In this document: positions 21,626 through 34,264 of the stretch, one piece after another
Position numbering within the stretch: position 1 is the first letter of the stretch
Layout of the letters: each line of letters begins with the position of its first letter
The notes under the pieces: generated by a model
What the model was told of the DNA's origin: nothing
The model's input: only the letters and a program-made list of their open reading frames with translations
Database searches by the model: none
NCBI GenBank assembly: GCA_949358305.1
Contig: OX442314.1
Span: forward strand, 29,636,001-29,700,000
DNA length: 64,000 nt
DNA from: Strigamia acuminata
Lineage: Eukaryota
Direction of reading: 5' to 3'
Made by a program: the position numbers and the translations under genes

Positions 21626-23244
21626 ATGCGGCGATACGAGCGGTCCCTGGCTTGGCATCCTGTTAGAAATTACGTCTTCAGATCGGGCAATGAGGAAGAA
21701 AATGTCGGACGAGTTTTACACGACAAACAAGCGCAACGAATTCCAATTCTGGGCTTAAACAAATTCTACGATCGTTCGTACAGTCCGTGTTCGAAATCCT
21801 TATGGTTTCTAATTGTCGTGTGTTGCTTCACTTGTTGCTTCTACCAAGTTTCTACACGCGTCAACTTTTTCCTTGAAGGCTCAATTATACTCGAAGTTAA
21901 GCTGACACAACAAACATATTTCTCGTTTCCATCAATTACTTTATGCAATACTGATTTGATTAATCTAATGATGAATTTGTATGATAAGTGGAAGGTAAAA
22001 GGAGGAGTTATTAGCAGCCAAGATGATGAAATGAACGATTCTAACAAATTGTGGGACACAGTGGGCAAAATCGGTGATGAAGACATAAAAGTGCATCTAT
22101 TAGTAAGTAATATTAGTAATGTAGAATATCAAAATCGATCTTAATTTTGGTTTTATCAGTGCGAAGACGAAGCGAGCGGCGCCTGTAAGAAACCAGTTAC
22201 TGAATACATGCAAACTGAAACTGTGAAAACGTTATATGGAAGTTGCCTGATGCTTACTATGAGTAATAATTTAGATTACATTAATGCAAATGTTTAATTA
22301 ATGATTAATACCTATTTAATTGTAGAAAATAAAATGGTGTTTAGAGGTCCAAGCAGTTTTATCAAGTTGTTCGTAAACAGTTCCAACTCAATTTCTAATG
22401 CAGTTTATAAACCTCACTTATCTGTAAGATATTCTAGAAAATTTTACTAAGGACAATTTTATACAGTGTGTATCAAATTGTTGTAGTTTTTTCTTCACAA
22501 TGATAAATTCAAGCATGTGCATGACGGCGCACTAATATCTGAATACGCCAGAATCGGCGATGCTACAAAGTTTCGTATCCATGCGAAAGAAGTAAGATAA
22601 AGAGAATCACAAATCAAATTTTCGATTTACTTATAAGTGTGAAGAGATTATATTCTACATACGTATGTTTTAGTTTAGAAATTTAAATTTGCGTCGCGAT
22701 CCGTGCGCACCAGCAGAAGAAGTCGACGCGTGTCTTAATAATTGCATCGACAAAATACTACAGGAAAAATTAAATTGCGGGTAACAACGATATCCTTTTT
22801 TATCGATCCTGATGCGATGTGTTTTGTCCTTTCTTTCCCAGATTGCCATTTATCAATTCTACAGAATCGCAGTGCATCAACCTGCAAAACATTTTTAATA
22901 ATTATTGGGACGCTTTTAACGTTAGTCTCCACGCGGCGAAAAGTATGGACGATTGTAAATGCAAACGAAAATGCAACGAGATTAAATACACATTGGACAA
23001 GGATAGTGAGCGAAATTACAACGTCGATAACGTAACACTGTTGCAATTGTTTTATGCCGACGACACGCTTGAAACGTTAGCAGAGCGGGAAAGGTTCCCG
23101 CTTTCACAGTTTCTAAGTGATATTGGCGGTACCATTGGCATATACCTTGGCATAAGCGTTTTCACAATTGTCGACCTTATTCGCTTCTTACTCACACGTT
23201 CAATTTCTCAGATCAATCACCTACGACGAAGCACTAAAAAATAA
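21626..23244 (+). CDS. DEG/ENaC paralog 3, ~430 aa; exons 21626-22102, 22160-22262, 22326-22423, 22487-22591, 22674-22780, 22842-23244
   Basis: FPSITLCN, TLYGSC, FLSDIGGTIGIYLGISVFT; same exon sizes and phases. Confidence 0.92.
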
Positions 23245-23801
23245 TTTGCAATGCAGCGAAGTTTCAGGGGTTGCTTTTGAGCGCGAGTGTTAAAACAACA
23301 GATAAAGCTCACACACCGGCAGTAAACAATGAGATTCGCTATCAAACTAAAATTTACTGTATAATTATTAATGAATAATCACAACACTTATTTATGATGT
23401 TATAAATTGCGTCGTATTGAATAATATGTGTATTATACCAGATTACTCACGTTGATTGATCCACAAATTCTCAAAATAATTTCACACTGGCATTAAAAAT
23501 TTAATGGTCAATTAATAAGGGCGGCCGGTGTTGTCTAATAAAATATTAGTGTTGCCATGGTTGTCAAATTACTGACTTCAACGTAGACGTAATCGTTTTA
23601 AATTGATTTTCCACACACAGGGTCGACTGTAGTACGTTTTTTAATCACATTTTGCTGGCCAACTTCCGCTTGCTCTTAAACTTCCACCTTATTTCTTTTT
23701 TATATGAATTTTATGACTTTGTCTTGTTTAGACAGTACAAACGGTAATCGATGCCTTAGTAAACACTCGCCAAACTTAGATATCCTGTTATATCTTTAGT
23801 C

Positions 23802-25452
23802 ATGCAGCGATATAAGCGGTCACTGGCTTCTCGTCCTGGTCAAATTTACGTCTTCAGGGCGCAGAATAAGAGAAAAAATGTCCGACCACGAGTTGCACAC
23901 GAAAAACAGGCACAACGAATTGCTATTCTGGGATTAGACAAATTCTACGATCGTTCGTACAGTCAATATTCGAAATGTTTATGGTTTGTAATCGTCGTGG
24001 GTTGCGTCGCTTGTTGTTTCTACCAAATTTTCACACGTTTGAGTTTGTTCTTCGAAGACGCCGTTACACTCGAAGTTAAGTTGACACCGCAAACATATTT
24101 CTCGTTTCCGTCAATCACTTTGTGCAATACAGATCTGATTATCCAAATGTTGAATTGGTATTATGAGTTTGGACTACGTCAAGTCAATAGCACTGGAAAT
24201 GTGGAAATAAACGTTACGAACAAATTGTGGGACACAGTGGGCGTGATCGGTAATGAAGACGTAAATGTATATCAATTGGTAAGTAAAGTTAGTGATACGG
24301 AATGTGAAAAAATTGCTATTTATTATGTTTTTTCAGTGCGAAGAACAAACGAGTGGGAGCTGTATAAAGCCATCTACTGACTACATGAAGACTAAATCTG
24401 TAAATACTTTAATTGGAAGTTGTCTGATGCTTACTATGAGTAATAATTTACGTTACAATCACTAAAAGTATTCCCAAAATGTGTTTAATTATTGGTTAAA
24501 TGCCTGTACTGTATTTCTAGAAGAGAAAATGGTCTACAGAGGTGCAAATACTTTTATCATGTTGTTCGTAAACACAGCCAACGCAGTTTATAATCCGTTA
24601 TTTGATTCTAAATTAAGTGTAAGGTGTTTTATAAAAAATATAGTGTATACCAAATTATTATATTTGATATTTTCTAGTTTTTTCTTCACAATGATACGTT
24701 CAAGCATGTGCACGACGGCGTAATAATGGCGGAATACGCCAGTATCGGTAATACTACAAATTATCGGATATATGCGAAAGAGGTAAGGTCGAAAACCACA
24801 AAATAAAAAAGAAAATCACATTTTAGAATAACGCGTAAATTAAATAAAAGATTTTTACATACTTTTAAAATTAAAATTTTATATTTTAAATATTTATCTT
24901 TTAGTTTAGAAATTTAAATTTGCGTCGCGATCCGTGCGCGCCAGCGGAAGAAGTCGACACGTGTCTGAATAATTGCATCGACAAAAACCTACAGGACAGG
25001 TTGAGTTGTGGGTATACAACAACTAACAAAATATATATATTTTTTATTCAGTCTGTTGACAAGTGTTTTATTTTTTCTTCGCTAGATTGCCGATATTCAA
25101 TTCTACAAAACCACAGTGCACCAACATGAAGATGATTGAAACATTTTGGAATGCGTGGAATGAGAGTCTCCACATGGCAAAGAGTCTCGAAGATTGTAAA
25201 TGCAAACGAAAATGCAACAAGATGAAATACACACTGTACAACGATAGTCGGCGAAGCAATAACAACAACAACGACACACGATTGCGATTAGTTCATGGGG
25301 ATGACGCGCTTGAAACGTTAATAGAGCGCGAATTATATCCGCTTTCGGCTTTACTCAGTGACGTTGGAGGAACCGTTTGCATTTACCTGGGCATAAGCGT
25401 TTTCACAATTTTTGATCTTACTAGCACTTTAGTCACACGTTCAATTCTTTAA
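23802..25452 (+). CDS. DEG/ENaC paralog 4, ~418 aa; exons 23802-24278, 24337-24439, 24521-24618, 24678-24782, 24905-25011, 25086-25452
   Basis: FPSITLCN, TLIGSC, LLSDVGGTVCIYLGISVFT; same exon sizes and phases. Confidence 0.92.
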
Positions 25453-26125
25453 TAATATCGTGCACGCATTGGTGAATGAGGTTTTAGGCATAGATCTTGG
25501 CCTTGTGATTTTGTACTTGGAAGCAAAGATACAAAAATGGCGCCCAACTTGGTCTGGCGTGGTAGACTATCGAGCGGATACAGATTCATCATGTGATGTG
25601 AAGGGAATTGAATTGACTTGTGGAAACTCAATTGATGGACTGGCCTGCAGTTGGTCAGTGGATAAAGTTCAACCAATTGAGGTCATTTTTCACTCGGATT
25701 TAGGTATAGATCGGCTGAAGTAGCGAAAGCGGTTGAGCTTGCAAAGATGGCGCCCCAAAACGTAAACAAAAGAAAGATGTCCTATTTCTATTAATTGCGA
25801 CTTTCTTAAAAATGTCTTATTTTTCATTTTAATTGTACACTGACCCACAACTCCATTAAATCTATTAAACAACGACACTGCGGATTAATAGCGCACTAAT
25901 TGGTGGTAATAAAACGTGCAATTTTTGTCTAATAATAAAATATTGCTATTATCAAGATCATTATTTTAAATTGATGTTCAACAAACAACTTAATAATATA
26001 CTTTGCCGCACGACTTCCTCCCGTTTTTTATTTCGCAATTTGTCTTTTAATTGATGACTCTCAGGCACGAAACGTAGGCTTAATAACTCACAAGCACACA
26101 TAAATTTTCATCAGTCATTTGTAGA

Positions 26126-27916
26126 ATGGACCTGCAACCTAAACGGTTCCCAGCAACACGTCGTGGCAATATGCAAATCCGCACATCCAGCCAGGAAAAC
26201 GAAACACCCGAAAAACAAACCGAGCAATTTCATTTTCTGGGATTGAGCAAATTGAACGATCGGTCTTACAGCCCGTTTTCAAAATGCCTCTGGTTCGTTA
26301 TTGTCGTCGTTTGTTGCAGTAGTTGCTTCTACCAAATCATTACACGCGTTGGAATTTACCTTGACGGTTGTACCACCCTTGAAGTTACATTGACACCGCA
26401 GTCGTCTTTCTTCTTTCCTTCAATCACCTTATGTACTGATAATCTATTTTTACTAATTTGGGCATTGTCCGATAATATGACTGGTGATGGACAGTTAGTT
26501 GGCGATAAAAACATTCACTTTAGGGGTGCTAGTACTGACAAATTGTGGAGTACAATGGGGAAAGTACGACTCGAGGACTTGAGCGCCCATATTTTGGTAA
26601 GCTTAGACTTTAATTGATTAAGTTTGTCACGTATTGACAGTAGATAATTTAATAAATTTTGCGCATATTTTGCGCTCTTTTCCATATTTTGTCCCATTTT
26701 GATTGAAAATTGTTTTAATTTCTTCAAGTGATTTTTCGAAAACATTGTTTGAAGTCGATACATGACGTGACAAGTTCTGTTAAATATTACGGAGTATTTT
26801 TTAATGATATTTTGTTTTTGCCAGTGCATTAATGAAATATCCGGTGGTTGTACACAACCGGTTGCTGAATTAATGGAAACTGTGTACGTGAATACAATTC
26901 TTGGAAGTTGCTTGGTGCTGACTATGAGTAACTTTTTGTACTAGAATAAACTAAGGAGTTTAAATTACAAAATTCTGAAATTGTAGAAAGCAAAATGGAT
27001 TACAGAGGACCACACACAAACGTAAAATTGTTTTGGGACGTTGTTGAAACATCCTACAAACCCAACGTTCCAAATGGGATTACTGTAGGTTTTAACTTAC
27101 AAAAACATGTAATGAAACAATTTTATAACTGTAAAATTTATTGTTTTCTCGTAGTTTTTTCTTTACGGTGATACATTTAAGCATCAACACGACGGAATGA
27201 CAGTTGCTGAAACCGCCCTTGTCGGTTATTCAACCAAATTTCGAATTTACGCCAAAGAAGTAAGTGTGCACGAAATGCATCTTTGAAATTCTTAGAAAAT
27301 CGATTAAATGAAAAGGAATTTTATTTTAGAAAACAAACTTTTTGCTATTTCAGTTTAATAATCTAAATGTGCATCCAAATCCTTGTGCACCAGCAGAAGA
27401 AGTCGTAAAATGCCTTAATAATTGCGTCGAAGAACGATTATTGAGAAACCTCACTTGTCGGTATAATCACTGATCCACACACTCATACAAAATTAAGTTT
27501 ATTTTAACTCTGCTTTCTATTATCTTTTAACCAGATTCCCGTTCTTCAATTCTACATTACGAAACTGCACTAACACTGAAGAAATTGTCGAGAATTATTG
27601 GTGGGCATGGAACATAATCGGTAAAACAGCCAAACACAGTGAACCATGTCGATGCAAACGCAAATGCAACGAAATAAAATACAAATTACTCAAGGATACT
27701 CAAAGAGAGATCGATAACGCGACCGGTACAATTTTGCGTTTACTGTACGCAGACGAGACACACGTAACTCTAACGGAGCGGGAAATGTTCACGATGTCGG
27801 CATTGTTCAGTGATATTGGCGGAGCCATGGGTGTATACCTCGGCATAAGCATTTTCACCATTTTCGATCTTATTACTTTTTTAGTCCGACGTTCACTCAG
27901 TAAATCTCTGATTTAA
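26126..27916 (+). CDS. DEG/ENaC paralog 5, ~421 aa; exons 26126-26596, 26825-26927, 26987-27084, 27155-27259, 27354-27460, 27535-27916
   Basis: FPSITLC, TILGSC, LFSDIGGAMGVYLGISIFT; same exon sizes and phases. Confidence 0.92.
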
Positions 27917-27974
27917 ATTTAAATAATATTTGTTACATTTTTTCCTTTTGTTTAATTTTTTGTGTAGATTCATC

Positions 27975-28120
27975 GTGCTAATAAACCTAACGTGTGTTGT
28001 TACGGTGTTTATTGTGAATAACAATTCGTAGATAATAATAGGAAATTGATTTCCCATAAACTCGGTACTTAATACATGTTAATAACACATTTTGGTGTAC
28101 GACTTCCGCTCGCTCTTGTG
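27975..28120 (+). promoter_or_regulatory. Orphan sixth copy of the DEG/ENaC upstream module with no following CDS
   Basis: CTAATAAA...AAATTGATTTCCCA...CATTTTG...CGACTTCCGC in the same order as upstream of paralogs 1-5. Confidence 0.6.
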
Positions 28121-29227
28121 CGAGCATGCGGAAATTGTTAATTTGACAAGTCGTGTAATATTAATTACACAATTTGACTTGTTGGCACGAAACTGTAAAC
28201 TCAATAACTTATTAACCAAACGATCAATATCGGATGTTGACGCTGCAAATGGCAATTGTAACACGGGAATATTTTTGATAAATTTTTTTAAAAAATTTAT
28301 TTATTTGGTTTATTTTGCACATAAAAATACATTTTAAACGGGCCTAAAAATTCATTATCGTGTCTAAAAGACTATTTTTAAATCCATTAATCCGTGTTAT
28401 GAGCAAATTTTTAAATTTTCTCAATGCACGAGGGATTTGCCCCTGCCATGTAAACATGATGAATTTTAATTTGCGTTAATAAAACAATTTTATTTGAGCA
28501 ATAAAACAAAACATTAGCTTGTTGCCATGATATATTACTAATTAAAATATGTAGATTATAATGCTCAAGTAATTTTATACATACCGGTAGTTCTTATTTA
28601 TGAGACATTTTTCCTGCATTGTTTGCCTTTGTTTTTAATTTTCCAACATTTATGTTTTGTTTGCTCAAGACTGTAAACAAGTAACCGGTGCTATTATGCT
28701 TCTTAGCAACAATACTGCAGGCAAGTGCTCCGAACTCAACTTTCCCATAAAATATGCAACTTCGGATCCAGCTAAAAGAAGATCAAACAAGTCAGCAATA
28801 AAAATTCAGGTCAACAAACTGAATTTCTCGAACTGAATTGAATCATTATTCAAACAGCAGATTTTCCAAACTGAATAATGACAACCAAGTTTGTGAATAG
28901 AATGTTTGGAAACATTTACTGTGAGTATAATAATTGTTGTTAGTTTAGTTTTAGTTATTTCGCTTACGTTTGCCTGGCTGTTACCAAGGCAATGCCCGTA
29001 ATCCTTTGTAACATCAAACAACGTGTTTGATGTTATTCTTTTCAAAAAAGAATTTTGAATTTTAAAAAAAATTGTTTGCAATTTAGAAATCATTGTGTGG
29101 TAATCAGAGAATCGATATATCATTATCTACATTGTATCAAAGTTTGGTGAAATTATGATAACTAGTTTTCAAGTTATTGAAAAATTCAAGAGAATAATTT
29201 GACCCAAAGTAACCCTGAAATACGCTA

Positions 29228-29630
29228 CTCTTGTTCGAGTCAAAAAAGTCCTTTCTTCCATTGGCCGAGCCATTTTACTGGTGTAGTGATCCAAAAAAAT
29301 AGACCCAAACACCAGAATTGCATTACAATGTACAGACATTGTAATCGATTACCTATTGTTAGGATATTGTGTACTTTCTTGACAAAGCAATCAATAAACA
29401 GAACAAACATGAGTTTAAAATTAAAAAGTGCAAAAAACTTTATTTTATAAATTGAAAAAAAACATTTTATAATAAAAAACAATCAAAATTATATCAATTT
29501 AAATGGTCATAATAATCTAAAAAATAAATAAAAATAAAAACTACTTCTCCTAGTGGTAGTATACAGTCTGGAGTTAGGAGTAATGAGGCTCGGCCAATGG
29601 GAGAAAGGACTTTATCGACTCGAACAAGAG
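29228..29630. mobile_element. MITE, ~44-bp TIRs, TA TSD (Tc1/mariner-type)
   Basis: TA|CTCTTGTTCGAGTC...ATTGGCCGAGCC vs GGCTCGGCCAAT...GACTCGAACAAGAG|TA. Confidence 0.8.
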
Positions 29631-32600
29631 TATGATAATAATTACTAAAGACCAATATCTGCTTTTAGACTAAGTTCTATGCATCACGCCAGCATTACTT
29701 ATTCTAGTTTGCAACTTTGAGAATTAGCTTAACTTAACTCCAGCCAGAAATGACATTTCCAGCTACAGCAACAACAATTTAATCTAGCTTTACCATACTT
29801 TACATCTGCCAACAAGGTATTAGAATAGCTTTATTTACACCACTAAAAAAGAAAAATCCAATAGAAATAATATCTTTTCCCCCACTTTGGTAACTCCACC
29901 ACAACTAATTAACAAAAATTTAACAACACCATTTCAAAAATGACCTCTTTAAGCGGTCAGTTAATTTTTCTCTTCTTCCTTTCCAAAAAAAAAAGATTGC
30001 AAGGCCCAAAAACCAATACTTAAATGATGGAACGAGTTCATAAGTCAATTGATTGAACTGGTTGGCACCCGCCCATTCAGTTGCCAGGCACAAGACTTTG
30101 TTTGGGGAAATCCTTGTCGAAGGCCATGCCGGAGAAAAAAAGAGAAATAGTACTCTTTTCCTTCTACTTTTCTTCTGATCATACCGCCTGAGGTTGGCTT
30201 TTCTCCTAAGCCCATGAGCTGCGCAGAGAAAGTTGATAAACACCATGTTGACACTGTAGTTTGCTAGTTTTCCAGCCTTCTTCTCCTCCTCTCTTGGAGT
30301 GTGCATGCTGGTGAATGCAAATGGTATATTTTGATGTGTGCAGGTCAAATTGAAGAGGTTAACTTGTTTTTATAGATTGGCACTCGTGTGTTCGTGCGGT
30401 GTCACTTTTTCTTGAGAAAATGCCAACTAAGTGACACATTTCTATTCATGGGCATGTTAAAATTCATTGTTTTTTCCTTCTATGCTTGTCTAATTTTTCA
30501 TATATTCAGGTCTTAAATTAAACTGTGGGATTTATCATTTTTATTTTTTTTTTGGTTTAATAAAATTTGTCTTCCATGTCATCAGTTTTGGGTGTGTTTG
30601 AATGGCTCATAAAAAGAGGTTGTCATGAATGGAAATAAAAAATGTTGGCTGTGTTGCAAATGATGGCTTTATTGGAATTTAGTAAACATTGGGGAGGAAA
30701 AAGACAACAGGGGAATGTAAATTAAGATTAAAAAGCTAGATTTAAATGATGATGGTTCATGAAAGTTTAAGAAATGATTTTTTTGGTGATTTTTTTTTGT
30801 TGTAAGAAGTTTGGGCCAAAAGTTCTTGGATTTAAAGTAAATATTAATCCTGAGCAAATGCCTGGATTGAGTGGCAGTTACACACTGCTTAGTCAGGCTT
30901 TAAAGTTGAATCAGTTCAATAATATTTTTTTTTTAATGTTTTTTTTTGTCTTGATGAATCAATGTGAGTTTTGTAAGCATTGCAGTGAAGTGTCATTGGT
31001 TTAATGGGCAGCAGTTTGATGATATATGATAATAGGTTTGGCGGGAACTTATGTGTGTAAATAGTGCATGGGGACACTAATTGGTCGAATGAGGTCTTTG
31101 TAGTGGAAAAAAAAATATTAATTAAAGTTTAAGCTGTGCTTAAAATTTCATTAAGCAGACTTTTTTCATTTTGGTTTCGTTTTCTCATTAATGAAACACA
31201 ATTGTAATTTCTTTGACATTTGGTGTTTTTTTTTTTTGCTTTTTTTATGAGTTTTTTTTTTTAGAAAAAATTTAATGTCTCATCGTGTGTTTCAAGCTGA
31301 TTCTCGCGTTTAATACCCAAAATGAGAAATTGTTAATTTTGTTTTTCATGCAAACTTAACGAGCTGTGAGCCATTGTAGCCAACCGAGTGGAAATTAAAG
31401 ATGAGCGATAAACTTGTACTGTATGTATGAATAAAAGCCAAGGGGTTTTGAAAATTCAATCTTAAATGTAATCTGTGTTTGGGAGAAGAATGAAGTTCAA
31501 CGTTTGTAATTTCCTTTATAAACTGTCACTTCAACATTCAAATACTTGTGCACTATAGCCCGGAACCGGCCGTCTTTAAGTTACAAATTTCTAAATTCTT
31601 CGCTGCAAAATAATTAAATTTTTACAACAAAAATTAAAATAAAATCCTGAATAAATTTTAAAATTCTAATAATTAGATTTATGTACATACAAAAAATAAT
31701 TTTATTTCAATAAGTTCGAGATCAAGTTACAGAACGATTTACTGCGGAATTATCGTCTCCAAACATGGCTTCCATACATGATGCAACCTACTAAACTCGT
31801 AAGTGTTTAAACCCTCGTTTTAATCGCTCGTTTCATTTCTATCACATAAAAAATGCATAAAACTCCTGCAGATATATCAATTTATGAATTCTGATCCGTT
31901 AAACCAGTGGTTAAAATGCTAAAACCAATCAAAACCAACTTTATCGTGATTTATCATCGCTACAATCCCGTGGATTCTGCGGTCCAGTCGCCGCCAACAA
32001 GAATAAATCACCGCGCATTCACCCAAGTAAGTGATTTTAAAATCACGGCAACACAAACATTTACAGCTATCAAATACCGTTTACTATTTCACATTTTTAA
32101 AAACCATTATTTCACTAATTATATTGTACAGTTTAAGGTTGCTACTCCTACCGTTAATACGAATGCGACATCACGTGGTGTGACTGGGAAATGGGAATTG
32201 CAGGGGAATGCATTGGCCTGTTATTGCACGCGTGGGAAAATATTTTTTTTCTTCTAATTATGCGCGCCTGCATGAGGAGAGGAAACACCGCAATTTGCTT
32301 AATTTGTGAATGTTACAAGCTGGGGAAAATGGCTGCATTGGTTGCTCGGCAACTGCATAGAGATAGAAGTTTTTTGACATTTAAAAGCTATAAAATGCAG
32401 TTAAGGTGCTGCCATCTAGAGTAAAAAAGGAAGCTTAAGCTGGATAAGAGTATGGGTGTGGTGTTTGTTAATGATAAAATGGTTGAGGGCTGTGCTCTTT
32501 ATCTGGGAGTTAATGTTTTCATTAATAAAGTCGATTTTGAAATTGACTATTTCGCACTTATCCGTTTCACCAATCGTGTGCATAATTGCAAACACATACA

Positions 32601-33094
32601 AAAGAGGAAAAATGCAGAATCGCAAAATCAAGCATAAGGTTTACGATTGGTAAAATTGATAGCAAAATGGAAGCAGCCAAGCTCTATCTGAATGATAAAA
32701 TCAAATAACTACCGTATTTCTTCGATTCTAAGGCACGCCTTTTTCCTCTCTAAAAAGGGGGGTTGCGTCTCAGAATAAATGGCGTCTTAGAATCTAAAAA
32801 ATAATAAAAGGTACATGTTTATAGTGACTGACTATTTATCATAATTTTTAAATGTTTAGTTTTAAATGATTTTTTCTGTATCATGCTTTGATTGGTGATT
32901 ATTTGCAGTGTTAAGGAATTTCACACATGCAGAGTCATGCGATTGAATATGGGGCATGAAACTTAGGGTCCTAAAATGGGATAGGAGAAAATGGGGGTAG
33001 GAAGAAGTGAAATAAGGTGAAATTTGTAATTTTTTTTTAGCAAAAATAACACTATTCAGTAATATTCAATTTTCAGTAATTTTCAATATTCAGA

Positions 33095-33233
33095 AGCTGC
33101 ATTCAAAAACTAAAATATTTAGTGTTTTACTTCAATTTTAAACAATAAATGACATCATCTCCTGTTTAAATCCATGTTAAAACTTAAAATATATTTAAAC
33201 TAAAATTTTTTATTTTTGTTTTTGAATGCAGCT
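33095..33233. mobile_element. Small MITE with AGCTGCATTCAAAAAC termini (family shared with 44546-44661)
   Basis: 16-bp perfect inverted termini. Confidence 0.65.
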
Positions 33234-33285
33234 AGTGATTTTAATATTCGGTAAATATTCAGTATTCGGTATTCAGTGATTTTAA

Positions 33286-33750
33286 CCCTCGGAGGCATAA
33301 GGGTAAAATGTGTCGTTCTAGTATAAGGCATTACGGATTTATGGACAATTTTCAGGTCAATCAGTTAAAGCGCCGTTTTGATTTTTGAAAGTTTGCAATT
33401 AATTTTATAGAGGGCACTAGTTGTGAACAGTGAAAAAATATATTTTTTTTACCAACTAGTGGTTGGTTTAAACACTACTGGTAAATGCGAAAAGCTATTA
33501 ACTGAAGCGCTCTTTCTTAGGCAGCAAAGCCAGCATTATTGTTTTGCTGGAGTTTTAAGGGGCAGAAGATTTGCATTTAGCATAATTAATTATATAAATG
33601 ACCAATGACTTAAAATTTCACCTGTGTTCAGGTTCAGTATGATATAAACAAAATCACAAATTTTCAGCAAATAAAATGGATAGGAAAAAAAATTTTCCTA
33701 TTCAAGAAAGAGCTTGTCTGTAAATTTGTATAGCCTTACGCCTCCAAGGG
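33286..33750. mobile_element. piggyBac-type non-autonomous element
   Basis: TTAA|CCCTCGGAGGCATAAGG ... CCTTACGCCTCCAAGGG|TTAA (17-bp TIR, 2 mismatches, TTAA TSD). Confidence 0.8.
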
Positions 33751-34264
33751 TTAAAATTCGGTATTTGGCGATTTTGGCACAATCATTGTGTTTTCCTCGC
33801 ATTCCTTACATTTTGTGCTGTCTTAAGTGCCTGTTGTTAAGTTGTTGTCATTTTTCTCAAAGATGAATCTTGGATGAGGCTCAAAATATCAAGTGTCTTC
33901 TAGTTGAGTCAAACCAATCGTTTGCAAGAGTAAAGAATTTCTTAGTACTTTCAAGAAATAAAAAAAACTAACCTGTGGCATTTTTAAACTTAGCTTCTAA
34001 AGCTCAACTTTTATCTTAATTATATTACAGCTTAGGCAATAAATGTTGTTTAACTATAGGCTTGTCCAATTAATTTAATATTTACTAGTACTTAAAAGAA
34101 AAACCAGGTGGAGGGCTTGACCTCTACTTATGGTCTAGCCCGAGACCTGACCCCCAGTCCAATTTTACTAGCCAAGTTCTCCACACGTGATTTTTCGCGT
34201 TCAAGAAAATTTTGGCTATTTTTTAGTTTTATATCGCTTTTTTGCACTTTGACTACCTTTTACG

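Noticed and set aside
28300..34000. Short ORFs in the AT-rich interval
   Set aside because: Low-complexity F/L/K/I-rich translations with no exon chain or motif; a host gene with tiny exons cannot be excluded
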